Counted from the first letter of the stretch, positions 1 to 11,334 are shown. The stretch: DNA of 64,000 bases from Methanocaldococcus sp. 28A (GCA_049852185.1 CP187540.1), one strand, 5' to 3'. The notes: generated by a model not told the origin, from the sequence alone. Translations and numbers: made by a program.

Positions 1-272
1 CATAAACTACTCCAATTGAACCCATATGGTTTTAGATAGTCAGGAGAATAGTTTATATTTATTTGAACACCTCTACATCCTCCATCTTCTTCCCCATCAC
101 TATATTTAATATCACCAACTTTGGGTATATTTTCAACAGTAATATTAAACTTAATTATACTACCATTTGTAATGACTTCATTAGGAACTAATTTAACATA
201 AATATTGTCTCCATAGGAGATATTTAAAAGAAAAATAAAAGCTAAAAGAGAAAACACCAAATATTTACTCAT
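1..272 (-). CDS. Secreted cohesin-domain protein, N-terminal part (runs off left edge)
   Basis: Not in ORF track. Manual translation from ATG at 272 (GGTGA RBS upstream): MSKYLVFSLLAFIFLLNISYG-DNIYVKLVPNEVITNGSIIKFNITVENIPKVGD...GGCRGVQININYSPDYLKP. Signal peptide, then the same pattern as scaffoldin cohesin 1 (VENIP...CGGFQTDIYYDP). Confidence 0.75.
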   Translation of the reverse strand, partial: MSKYLVFSLLAFIFLLNISYGDNIYVKLVPNEVITNGSIIKFNITVENIPKVGDIKYSDGEEDGGCRGVQININYSPDYLKPYGFNWSSL

Positions 273-278
273 TATTAA

Positions 279-842
279 TCACCTTTTTTTAACTATGTAT
301 GCTATGGCTCCGATTAATACAATTATAATTATTAAAATAGCTAATAAAGTGGAATTAAACGAAAATGTATTGTTTTTTTCAAGATTTTGAGAAGTATTTG
401 ATATATTTAACACATTTACTTCTAAAGTTTTGAGAGGAATTTTTATAGCATATCCCTCACTGTTCGACCCAACTGCCTTTACATCTATCCAAGCCTTTCC
501 GGGCTTTATAGCTTTTATTATTACATCTCCTACTATAAAATCTCCATTTTTTGGATTATTTAAAAAAGCATACTCAATAAATGCACTATTGTTATTATTT
601 TTTGTTAAGTTTAGATCTGCTCCTATATTATAGTTTATAACTTTTTCTATAACCAAATTATCTGAAACATAAATATTACACTGCAAACCACCACAATTTG
701 AAACATTCTTTGCATAAATTTCTACAGTAAATATCTCCCCTTTTTTTACTTCAGAAGGAGCTTTTACTAAGATATCTAATGCCATACAGGAGGGTAGTAT
801 AAAAAAAATCAATAGTGCTATATATTTTCTCATCTTATTCAT
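279..842 (-). CDS. Single cohesin-domain protein with C-terminal membrane anchor
   Basis: Signal peptide; cohesin-like beta pattern (VKKGEIFTVEIYAKNVSNCGGLQCNIY...GDFIVGDVIIKAIKPGKAWIDV); Asn/Thr linker; C-terminal TM helix and KKR tail. Confidence 0.75.
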   Translation of the reverse strand: MNKMRKYIALLIFFILPSCMALDILVKAPSEVKKGEIFTVEIYAKNVSNCGGLQCNIYVSDNLVIEKVINYNIGADLNLTKNNNNSAFIEYAFLNNPKNGDFIVGDVIIKAIKPGKAWIDVKAVGSNSEGYAIKIPLKTLEVNVLNISNTSQNLEKNNTFSFNSTLLAILIIIIVLIGAIAYIVKKR

Positions 843-1008
843 GATATCACCGAACTATAGTTTATTTTACTTATATTAAAAAATACCGTAAAATATATAT
901 AACTCTATATAGTAAACGACATTATGTTAACTTAAGATTTTTTTATACAATTTCACAATATCTTTAACATTACTAATAACAATACTAATATAAATATTAA
1001 ATGGTGGT
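843..1008. promoter_or_regulatory. Divergent promoter region of the cohesin/dockerin locus
   Basis: AT-rich gap between divergent genes; BRE/TATA-like CCGTAAAATATATATAA at about 886-902. Confidence 0.4.
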
Positions 1009-2373
1009 ATGATGCCGAAAAATATTAATATTATTGGGTATATATTAATTACTGTTTTCTTACTATTAGTTCCAGCATATGGAGAAAGCGTAGATGACTA
1101 TAAATATAGATTAGGTGACATCAACAAGGATGGCTCAGTAAATATCGCAGATGTCGTATACTTGTTTAAGCATTTAAATGATGTTCCAGTATATGATGGT
1201 GACTTAAACGCAGATGATAGCGTAGATATTGCAGATGTTGTGTATCTATTTGTTCATTTACAACAGTTGAGTGCACCAATTCACTACGCTAAACTATTAA
1301 AAATAACCTACTATGATAAAAATGGGAATATCGTTAACCCATACAATGGAGAGCCATACGCATATAAAATCGTTGTAGATGCCACAGGACAAAGATTCTT
1401 ACTAAAAAATGAAAGTGAACCAATTCCAGCATGGGCTGAAGGAAAATACGATAAAGTAATCAATGTTCCATTAAAAAGAGTAGTAGTAATGAGTTCCACC
1501 CACATAGCATTAATGGAACCACTAAACAATGATGGTTCAGTAATTGCTTCAGTAAAGGGAATAATGTGGGGAGGAAAATACAAGTGGTACTTTAAAGATA
1601 TAGAAGAGGGCTTAAATAATGGCTCAATAATTGATGTTGGTTCAACATACAATCCTAATTGGAACTTAATTCTTAATCTTTCACCACAAGTTATATTTGT
1701 CTATCCAGGATACAGTGGAGATGCAATAATTGAAAAATGTAAGGAATTAAACTTAACATATGTTGCAGATGCTGAATACTTAGAAGATTCCTACCTTGCA
1801 AGATGTGAATGGGTAAAGATGTTTGCAGCATTCTATAATAAAGAAGATGTAGCAAAAGAATACTTCACAAGAATCGAAAAGAACGCATTAAATGTTAAAA
1901 GAATTGTAAGTAAAAGTGATACAAGACCATTAGTAGCATGGGGTAAGAATTATCCTTCATTCGGAGGAACCTACGTCCCTAAAGGACAATCATACGTTGC
2001 TAAGGGAATCGAGTACTGTGGAGGAGACTATATATTCAAGGATATCCCAGGAACTGGCAGTGCATGCATAGATTATGAGACATTTGCAGAGAGGGCTAAA
2101 GATGCAGATGTGTGGGTAATACCATCAAGCACAACATGGTTAACAACATTTAAAGAAGATGATCCAGGGTATGAATACTTCAAAGCAGTTAAAAATGGGC
2201 GAGTATTCTGTATAAGTGATGATTACTGGCAACTTGGATTAATGAACACTGATCAAGTATTAGAAGATTTAGCAACAATAATTCATCCGGAACTATTCAA
2301 GGGAAGAACTACTCACTTCTTCCTAAAGTACTATCCGGATAATAATACAGCAGTGCCATATACTGCTAGTTAA
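1009..2373 (+). CDS. Dockerin-fused ABC transporter substrate-binding protein (Fe-siderophore/heme/cobalamin class)
   Basis: Signal peptide without lipobox Cys. Duplicated Ca-binding repeat GDINKDGSVNIADVVYLF / GDLNADDSVDIADVVYLF (1114-1260). Then binding-protein motifs VPLKRVVVMSST, EYLEDSYLARCEWVK, KAVKNGRVF, LEDLATIIHPE. Confidence 0.85.
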   Translation: MMPKNINIIGYILITVFLLLVPAYGESVDDYKYRLGDINKDGSVNIADVVYLFKHLNDVPVYDGDLNADDSVDIADVVYLFVHLQQLSAPIHYAKLLKITYYDKNGNIVNPYNGEPYAYKIVVDATGQRFLLKNESEPIPAWAEGKYDKVINVPLKRVVVMSSTHIALMEPLNNDGSVIASVKGIMWGGKYKWYFKDIEEGLNNGSIIDVGSTYNPNWNLILNLSPQVIFVYPGYSGDAIIEKCKELNLTYVADAEYLEDSYLARCEWVKMFAAFYNKEDVAKEYFTRIEKNALNVKRIVSKSDTRPLVAWGKNYPSFGGTYVPKGQSYVAKGIEYCGGDYIFKDIPGTGSACIDYETFAERAKDADVWVIPSSTTWLTTFKEDDPGYEYFKAVKNGRVFCISDDYWQLGLMNTDQVLEDLATIIHPELFKGRTTHFFLKYYPDNNTAVPYTAS

Positions 2374-2434
2374 GTGAAATTCCTTTTCCTTCTTTTTAAA
2401 CTTTTAAAAATAAAGTTTTTGAAGGTGACGATTG

Positions 2435-5400
2435 ATGAAATGGAAGATAATTATAATGTCAATAATGTCAATTTTAATGGCATTACTAATTGGTGTTAAT
2501 GGAGAAAACGTAACTGTAGAATTAATTCCTAGTGATGTAAATGTATATGTTGGGGATACCTTTAACTTAGATTTAATTGTCGAAAATATCCCAAATGGAA
2601 CAATATCTGATGGTTTTTATAACTACTCTGGATACTGTGGAGGATTCCAAACAGATATTTATTATGATCCATCTGTATTAAATATAAGCCAAAATGATGT
2701 GATTTTAAGTAATGTAAGTAATAGCGCGTCAATTAAAAATGTGGATGTCGAAAATGGAAAAATAAATATACAATTAGCATGGTTTAGTAATTATCCTTCT
2801 GGAAACTTTACAATCGCTACTTTGAAATTTAAAGCATTAAAGCCATCAAATGTTGTAGTTTCATTGAGTAATACTGTAATATCAAATAAAGATGGAAATT
2901 ACACATGGAAAGTTAGTAATAACAATTTAATTTTAAAAGATTCAAATGTAACGATATTATTTAAACCAATTGCCGATTTAATAGTGCCTAAACTATTAAA
3001 TGCTGAATATGGAGAGAACATAACTGTTCCAGTAACTATAGCTCCTAAAGAAAATGAAACTTTAAAATTAATCGAAGGGTATTTATCATACGATAAAAAT
3101 ATGTTAAAACCTGTAAATGTATCTTCAAATGTAGGGACAGTTTTCTTCAACAGTTCAAGTGGTTTCTTTAAAATAGATAATATAAATCAATCTAACAATT
3201 TCACAATTAACATTACCTACAATGTAATAAATGTTGGTAATACAACAGTAAAATTAGACAATGTCTATATGGAAGACACAAATGGAAGTTTTGTAAGTAA
3301 TATTTCGTCTAATGCTACTGAAATAGTAATTCCTGGACCAGATTTAGTTTGTGAAATAGTTCCAGAGCTTTTAAAAGCTTATGAAAACAATACTATTTCA
3401 GTAGTTGTAAAGAATATAGGAGAAAGAAATGTAACAAACAACTTCACTGTTACCTTGTACGCAGATACATTTGAAATAGGGTCATGTGTAGTTAACGGAT
3501 TAGATGTTGGTCAAACTAAGGAAGTAAACTTTACATTCATGCCTACCGAAGAGAAAAACTATACACTTGTTGCTGTAGTTGATACAAACAACAATGTAAA
3601 AGAGATTAATGAATATAATAATAAATATGTTTGTAATTTATATGCTGTAGAATTACCAATTAGTGTAAATTTAGAATCTTCAACAAATGTAACAAAAATA
3701 GAATATACCTTCGAAGTAAACCTTACATTAAACAATATAACTCCTGAAAGACCTGCAAAGGCTATACAAGGAGTTTTAACGTATAATCCAAATGTAGTAG
3801 AGTGTACAAACTTCACATTCTTGATAACGCCTTCTGAAGTAAATGGAACATTCTTAGAAAATATTACATACGAAAAAGGAAAGGTATTGTTCAAATTAAT
3901 GGATGGAAATATTAACCATTCAATAGTCATAGCTACTGCTAAATTCATAGGAATAGATGTAGGTAATTCAAATATTGAATTATCTGATCTTGTAGTTTCT
4001 GACATAAATGGATACAAGTTTAACAAATTATTGACTAATAACGTAAGTATCATTGTACAAGGGCCAAATCTTAAAATAGTTAATCTAAGTGTACCAAATC
4101 CTTCAAAATATAGAGTTCCAACAACAATAAATGTTACAATAACTAACAATGGACACCAAGATGTAAATAAATCATTTAATGTTGCATTGTATGCAGATAC
4201 AGAAGAAATTGGAGAAGTAACTGTTAATGGTCTAAATATTAGCCAAGTTAAAACAATAGTATTTAACTGGACTCCAGATGATACAAGGACATATACTATA
4301 GTAGCTGTTGTTGATCCAAATAATGTAATTAAAGAGGAAAATGAAAGTGATAACAAGGTTGTTAAAGAAGTAAAAGTTATTGAGATACCAGTATGGGTTT
4401 CAGTATATAACACAACCCCTGTAATAAATGGAACATTTAATGCTACAATAGAAGTTAAGGGTATTGAAGATAAAAGACCATGTGGTGGATATCAGGGAGT
4501 ATTGATTCTCAAAAACTTAAAAATTGAAAATATAGAACTTCTTGGGCCAAAATCCTGCACAAACTATACTATAAACAATAATGAGTTAATGTTTATGGGA
4601 TACAATTTCACAGAGACAGGTACATTTAAAATAGCAAATATAACCTTTAAAATTATTGATGAAAATAAAAACTATTCAGCAATATTAGAAAATATGGTAT
4701 TATCTGATGAAGATGGTTATAAATTTAAAATAGTATTTATTAATAACACAATATTGCCTGAATACTTACAGAATATCTTTAAAGGATTATGTATTGAATC
4801 AGGAGTTCTTGATAAGTTAGATATTGAAAATGCAAAATTAGAAACTGCGGGAAACATTACTTTAGTAATATTACCACTGAAAATAGGAAATGTTGGAGAT
4901 GAGTTAATAATTCCAAAAGTTAGTAATAATATAACAATTAATATTACAGATGACGTTATTACAAAAATAAATTCTACATTGACAGATGCAAAAATATTAG
5001 ATGAAATTACTAAATCGATAAATGATGAAGAAGAACTAAATAAAACATTAGATATGATATTAGAAAAAATAGAACCGATACTTTGCGAAGGATTTAACAT
5101 AACAAACAAAACTAAAGAAGAACCAAAGAAGATAAACAATAAATTAATAGCTACAATAAAGTTTAAGGCTGAAAACACATCAAACAAAGGATTTGCAATC
5201 GTTAGAATTCCAATTGGTGAATTAAAAGTTGAAAGTATTGTTGTAAATAACGGAACTACTAATATTACCCTAAAAGAAAATGATATTAACAGTAATGTAG
5301 GTTGGTATAGATATGTAGATACTGGAATTATTGAAATTACCTTAATAAATGACCCTGAAGTAAGTATAACTCTAGCTAAGACATTACCTGTAATTCAAAC

Positions 5401-5896
5401 TACTACAACTACAACTTATTACTATATTGGAGGGGGTGGAGGAGTATCTTCAATAGTAAAAATGTATCCAAATGTAGCACCAGACATAAAATCAGAAAAA
5501 ATAAGAGAATTTGTATATAGAGCAAAATTAATCGTCGGTTCAGAAATAGACTTAAACTTATCAGCAAAATGCCTTAAAAATGAATCAGAGTTAATAAAAC
5601 AACCAATAGATATAACCGAAGACTGCATTTTAATTGGAGGACCAGTAGCAAATCCATTAGTTAAAAAATACATGTGGGTATTCCCAGTAAAAGTAACTAA
5701 CGACTATCCAGGAAAACACAAAGGAGTTATAGAGAAACAAATAATAAACGGACACACAGTAATCTTATTAGCAGGTTCAGATAGATGGGGAACAAAAGCA
5801 GCTGTAGAATACTTCAAAACATTAGACGATATTCCATCAGAACCAATATTCGTAGAATGGATTAACGGAACTGCCATAAAGATTAATAAACCTTAA
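2435..5896 (+). CDS. Scaffoldin-like surface protein: 4 cohesin-like and 2 CARDB domains, C-terminal S-layer domain
   Basis: Signal peptide. Approximate aa: cohesin-like 26-176, 180-300, 409-543, 654-775; CARDB-like 302-405 and 545-650 (PDL/PNL...V.N.G...VVD..N.I/V.E.NE..N). Poly-Thr and Gly5 linker. S-layer C-terminal motifs ILIGGPVANPL and LLAGSDRWGTKAA. Many N-x-S/T sequons. Confidence 0.8.
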   Translation: MKWKIIIMSIMSILMALLIGVNGENVTVELIPSDVNVYVGDTFNLDLIVENIPNGTISDGFYNYSGYCGGFQTDIYYDPSVLNISQNDVILSNVSNSASIKNVDVENGKINIQLAWFSNYPSGNFTIATLKFKALKPSNVVVSLSNTVISNKDGNYTWKVSNNNLILKDSNVTILFKPIADLIVPKLLNAEYGENITVPVTIAPKENETLKLIEGYLSYDKNMLKPVNVSSNVGTVFFNSSSGFFKIDNINQSNNFTINITYNVINVGNTTVKLDNVYMEDTNGSFVSNISSNATEIVIPGPDLVCEIVPELLKAYENNTISVVVKNIGERNVTNNFTVTLYADTFEIGSCVVNGLDVGQTKEVNFTFMPTEEKNYTLVAVVDTNNNVKEINEYNNKYVCNLYAVELPISVNLESSTNVTKIEYTFEVNLTLNNITPERPAKAIQGVLTYNPNVVECTNFTFLITPSEVNGTFLENITYEKGKVLFKLMDGNINHSIVIATAKFIGIDVGNSNIELSDLVVSDINGYKFNKLLTNNVSIIVQGPNLKIVNLSVPNPSKYRVPTTINVTITNNGHQDVNKSFNVALYADTEEIGEVTVNGLNISQVKTIVFNWTPDDTRTYTIVAVVDPNNVIKEENESDNKVVKEVKVIEIPVWVSVYNTTPVINGTFNATIEVKGIEDKRPCGGYQGVLILKNLKIENIELLGPKSCTNYTINNNELMFMGYNFTETGTFKIANITFKIIDENKNYSAILENMVLSDEDGYKFKIVFINNTILPEYLQNIFKGLCIESGVLDKLDIENAKLETAGNITLVILPLKIGNVGDELIIPKVSNNITINITDDVITKINSTLTDAKILDEITKSINDEEELNKTLDMILEKIEPILCEGFNITNKTKEEPKKINNKLIATIKFKAENTSNKGFAIVRIPIGELKVESIVVNNGTTNITLKENDINSNVGWYRYVDTGIIEITLINDPEVSITLAKTLPVIQTTTTTTYYYIGGGGGVSSIVKMYPNVAPDIKSEKIREFVYRAKLIVGSEIDLNLSAKCLKNESELIKQPIDITEDCILIGGPVANPLVKKYMWVFPVKVTNDYPGKHKGVIEKQIINGHTVILLAGSDRWGTKAAVEYFKTLDDIPSEPIFVEWINGTAIKINKP

Positions 5897-6053
5897 ATAT
5901 CCCTTCCCATTTATTTTTTTATTTTATTTTGGTAATAATATTTTTAAATATTTTCATACTTTTAACAATATTTAATTAAAATTATCATAAATTATATATA
6001 TAAAATATGTTAAATTATTATCATATAACATTATTTGAAAAAAAATAATACGG

Positions 6054-7391
6054 ATGGATATCATGTTTAAGAAAATAGTATTATTAATAATGGCTATTTT
6101 ATTGACACCATTGGCATTTGGAGAAAACGTAGGAGATATAAATGGAGATGGGTCAATAAATATTGCAGATGTGGTATATCTATTTAAGCATCTTAATGAT
6201 ATCCCCTTAGATGTTGGAGATTTAAACTGTGATAACTCAGTTGATATTGCAGATGTTGTGTATCTATTTAACAACATTCAACATTGGAGTCAACCTGTAG
6301 TATTTGCTAAGAACTTTGAAATAGAATACTATGATGCTAATGGAATTCCTGTAAGTTATAATGATAATTGGTCATATGCAATTTTAACTACAAAATATGG
6401 AGATACTATTTATAATAAATACTGTATTGTAAAAGAGGGTGAAAAGCCTCCTAGTAATTTACCTTCAGATATAAAAGTTATATATGCGCCTGTAAAAAAA
6501 GTAGCAACATTAAGTGATTTCCAAGTAGCTATGCTTGAAGCGTTAGATGATGATAAAGTAAGAGAATCTATAAAGGGAGTATCCAAATACACATACATCA
6601 GAATAAAAGATTATGGGGTATTTTCTGATTTAAAACCATATGTTGATAGTGGAGATATTGTTCCAATAGGGTCTCCTTGGGGTACAATTGATAAAGAGGC
6701 ATTATTAAATATAAGTCCAGATATTGTGTTTATCCCATGGTCACATGGCTATTTAGTCCAAGATATTAATACAGTAAAAGATTTAGGACTTAATTATCTT
6801 GTAACGGTCGAATCAAATGAACCAACATTCCTTGGAAAGGCTGAATGGATAAAAGTGTATGCTACGTTATATAATTTATGCAGTAAAGGAAATGATTTCT
6901 TCCAAAAAGTTTGGAAAAAGAGAAATGAACTTTTGAGAAAAACATATGATGTTGACTATAGACCAAAAGTAGGTATACTTTATTGGTCACCATATTCAGG
7001 ACCTTGGGTATATTGTGGCCAAAACTGTTATGCAAAATTAGTTTCAGATTTTAGAGGAGATTATGCATTTAAAGATATTCCTGGAACTTCATATGCAAAT
7101 CTTGATGAAGAAACAACCTTAGAACACTTACAAGGATGTGACGTGCTTATATATATGAACTGGAATTCATTAAACGAGCCAATAAATACACTTGAAGATT
7201 TAAAAAAAGATGTACCACAATTAGATCCAATAATAGACCATGCAAAGAGAGTGTATGTATCTAAATATAACTATGGATATGATGGATATGTACATATGGA
7301 TTTATTAATGGAAGACTTCGCAAGAATGATTCATCCAGAATGCTTTGATGGTGGAGATAGTGAATTACATTACTTCAAAAAACTGAAATAA
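6054..7391 (+). CDS. Second dockerin-fused ABC substrate-binding protein
   Basis: Signal peptide without lipobox. Dockerin GDINGDGSINIADVVYLF / GDLNCDNSVDIADVVYLF (6132-6278). Motifs APVKKVATLS, EPTFLGKAEWIK, MEDFARMIHPE. Confidence 0.85.
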   Translation: MDIMFKKIVLLIMAILLTPLAFGENVGDINGDGSINIADVVYLFKHLNDIPLDVGDLNCDNSVDIADVVYLFNNIQHWSQPVVFAKNFEIEYYDANGIPVSYNDNWSYAILTTKYGDTIYNKYCIVKEGEKPPSNLPSDIKVIYAPVKKVATLSDFQVAMLEALDDDKVRESIKGVSKYTYIRIKDYGVFSDLKPYVDSGDIVPIGSPWGTIDKEALLNISPDIVFIPWSHGYLVQDINTVKDLGLNYLVTVESNEPTFLGKAEWIKVYATLYNLCSKGNDFFQKVWKKRNELLRKTYDVDYRPKVGILYWSPYSGPWVYCGQNCYAKLVSDFRGDYAFKDIPGTSYANLDEETTLEHLQGCDVLIYMNWNSLNEPINTLEDLKKDVPQLDPIIDHAKRVYVSKYNYGYDGYVHMDLLMEDFARMIHPECFDGGDSELHYFKKLK

Positions 7392-7490
7392 TCACACTAT
7401 TTTAATTTTGTCCTATTTTTATCTTCTAAATATTTAAATTTAAAGTTTATTAAAATATTTTTATATCTTATAAAGATAACTATAAATGAT

Positions 7491-7554
7491 TTATAGTTGT
7501 GTTCAAAATAAAATAAACTTTTATAAGGACAGATAGTTTTGCACACAACTATAA
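7491..7554. mobile_element. MITE-like element family A, short 64-bp form
   Basis: Terminal inverted repeats TTATAGTTGTG...CACAACTATAA. Confidence 0.75.
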
Positions 7555-7567
7555 ACTCTCATAGAAG

Positions 7568-8620
7568 GTGGTTATTTTGAACATTAGGATTAAAGCTCTA
7601 ACAGTATTTTTATTGTTAATGATATTTTCTTTGTCAATATTGAGTATAACTACTGGAACCATAAAAATAGAGCCAAAAAAATTTTATAACTATTTAATGG
7701 AAGGCACTACAGGTAATCCTATATATGACAAAATTATTGAAAAGTGCAGACTTCCAAGAACTGTTGGAGCAATATTTGCAGGAATGGGTTTAGCAGTAGC
7801 AGGCTTGTTGATGCAAAGTTTGTTTAGAAACCCTTTAGCTGACCCTTATCTAATAGGAGTCTCGAGTGGAGCTTCTTTAGGAGTAGCTCTTTATGTTTTT
7901 ACATCATTACTATTTAAGTTTGGTATACCTCAATCTATATGGGGATTTATAATATCTGCATACTTAGGTTCACTATTATCTATGTTCATTATTTTAGCCC
8001 TTGCAAAGAAGGTTAAACAAATTACCACACTTTTAATTGTTGGACTTATGATTGGCTATATCTCATCTGGGTTAATCACAATAGTTATTACATTTAGTGA
8101 TTTTCTTGGAGTTAATAACGATGTCTTGGCAAGTTTTATTATGTGGGGATATGGCTCTTTAAGTCAATTAACTATGAAGGAGTCAATAATTATGAGTATT
8201 TTTGTAGTTATATGTTGCTTTATAACTTACTTTTTGTCAAAATACCTTGATTCTTACTTACTTGGAGAAATGTATGCTAAGAGTGTTGGAGTTAATATAA
8301 AAAATTTGAGAATAGTTATAATTTTAATATCTTGTATGATTACAGCTAGTATTGTAGCATTTGCTGGACCAATAGGATTCGTTGGAATGGTTTGTCCAAT
8401 TGTTACAAGGTTGTTATGTGGAACATCAAAACATCTCTATGTAATTCCTAATGCTATGTTAATAGGTGCAATTTTTTTAATGATAGCGGATATTCTTGTA
8501 AGACCTGGAGTAATAATTCCAACAACAAGCACAGAACTACCTTTAATGTGTCCTTTATCAATTATTGGAGCTCCAATAGCCATAATGATATATATCAAAA
8601 GAAAAAAGATGGGGATATAA
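7568..8620 (+). CDS. FecCD/BtuC-family ABC permease
   Basis: [50 protein letters not shown]; multiple TM helices. Confidence 0.92.
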   Translation: MVILNIRIKALTVFLLLMIFSLSILSITTGTIKIEPKKFYNYLMEGTTGNPIYDKIIEKCRLPRTVGAIFAGMGLAVAGLLMQSLFRNPLADPYLIGVSSGASLGVALYVFTSLLFKFGIPQSIWGFIISAYLGSLLSMFIILALAKKVKQITTLLIVGLMIGYISSGLITIVITFSDFLGVNNDVLASFIMWGYGSLSQLTMKESIIMSIFVVICCFITYFLSKYLDSYLLGEMYAKSVGVNIKNLRIVIILISCMITASIVAFAGPIGFVGMVCPIVTRLLCGTSKHLYVIPNAMLIGAIFLMIADILVRPGVIIPTTSTELPLMCPLSIIGAPIAIMIYIKRKKMGI

Positions 8621-9636
8621 TGAGAAAAATATCCATAATTTTGCTAATGGTTTTGTTAATATTTTCTCTATTTGTTTTTGGAATATTTAAAGGAGGTAAT
8701 GCAAAGTCAATAACTATGGATGATGTAAAAAATTTTTTAATTTATGGGACTACTGGAGATGAGTTTAAAGATACTATTATATGGGATGTTAGAATTCCTC
8801 CGTTAATAACTGCTTTAATTGTTGGAGCAGTTCTATCAGTTTCTGGATTAAAGCTACAGACACTTTTTAGAAATATTTTAGCTTCTCCATACACAACTGG
8901 AATATCCACTGGAGTTATATTGGGAGTAGCGATTACTATATTCTTAGGTTTTTCATTTTCAAATTTTTTAGAGATTCCTGATTATGTTATAGGAGGGTGG
9001 ATAGGAGCAGCTATAGCTTTAATAATATTATTGGCTCTTGCTTCAAAAATTAAGGATGTTACTGGAGTTTTAATTTGTAGTATATTGTTTGGATACTTCT
9101 ACTATGGAATTGAGAGCTATTTAATAAGTTTTGCTAACAATATCCAGATTCAAGAATTTTGGATGTTTTTACAGGGAAGTTTTTCAGGAGTAAGCTGGGA
9201 TGATTTAAAATTACTTAGTATCTGCTCAATAATCTTTTTGATATCATCCTATATGCTTTCAAAGCATTTAAATGCCCTACTTTTTGGAGAAAAATATGCA
9301 AAAAGCTTTGGTTTAAGTATAAAATATGTGAGGTTATTAATTTTATTACTCTCGGGGTTTATTGTCGGGGTTGTAATTCCTTATGTAGGTTTAATCCCAT
9401 TTATTGGTTTGGCAGCGCCATATATTGCAAGAATTCTAATGAAAACTTCAGACCACAGATGGACTATTCCTGCATCTATGTTAATTGGGATGAATATTGC
9501 TTTGATTTGTTATTTAATATCAATAAAATTATTTGCTCCAAGGGTAGTTCCTGTAAAATCAATTTTAGATTTATTAGGTGGAGCATTAGTAGTATATTTA
9601 ATATACACATCTGAAAAAAAGGTTAAATTTGAATAA
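8620..9636 (+). CDS. FecCD/BtuC-family ABC permease, second subunit
   Basis: DVRIPP, LQTLFRNILASPY, LLFGEKYAKSFG. ATG at 8620 overlaps the upstream TAA. Confidence 0.9.
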   Translation: MRKISIILLMVLLIFSLFVFGIFKGGNAKSITMDDVKNFLIYGTTGDEFKDTIIWDVRIPPLITALIVGAVLSVSGLKLQTLFRNILASPYTTGISTGVILGVAITIFLGFSFSNFLEIPDYVIGGWIGAAIALIILLALASKIKDVTGVLICSILFGYFYYGIESYLISFANNIQIQEFWMFLQGSFSGVSWDDLKLLSICSIIFLISSYMLSKHLNALLFGEKYAKSFGLSIKYVRLLILLLSGFIVGVVIPYVGLIPFIGLAAPYIARILMKTSDHRWTIPASMLIGMNIALICYLISIKLFAPRVVPVKSILDLLGGALVVYLIYTSEKKVKFE

Positions 9637-9644
9637 TAAATCTC

Positions 9645-11072
<1,428 letters not shown>

Positions 11073-11118
11073 TTACACCAAAAATGTTTTAGATTTTAAT
11101 ATTTTTAAAATTATATCT

Positions 11119-11178
11119 AATGGGACTTTTGCAAATCATTTTTTCATTGACACATATATAAAGTGCGGAAGTTCTATT
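11119..11178. repeat. Palindromic repeat family B, degenerate copy
   Basis: AATGGGACTTTTGCA...TGCGGAAGTTCTATT resembles the consensus ends AATAGGACTTTCGCA / TGCGAAAGTCCTATT. Confidence 0.55.
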
Positions 11179-11270
11179 ATAATTACACAAGAAATTTTAA
11201 AACAAATATTTAAAATTTTCCTTTAAAATTTAAATTCCAATAATATCCTCATTTTTTTGTTATCTATCTT

Positions 11271-11334
11271 TTATAGTTATGTGCAAAACTATCTGTCCTT
11301 ATAAAAGTTTATTTTATTTTGAACACAACTATAA
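11271..11334. mobile_element. MITE-like element family A, short 64-bp form, inverted relative to 7491-7554
   Basis: 63/64 identical to the reverse complement of 7491-7554. Confidence 0.8.

Noticed and set aside
1114-1260. Reading the repeats as ordinary EF-hands
   Set aside because: No E helix before the loop, GD.N.DG..N..D pattern duplicated, and cohesin genes adjacent: fits dockerin better.
430-6598. Antisense ORFs over the cohesin/dockerin genes (e.g. 3559-4413, 4717-5187, 5972-6277)
   Set aside because: Opposite-strand shadows of well-supported genes; the repeat in 5972-6277 is the dockerin read backwards.
8548-8619. N-terminal extension of permease 2
   Set aside because: Overlaps permease 1; the coupled ATG at 8620 is more plausible.
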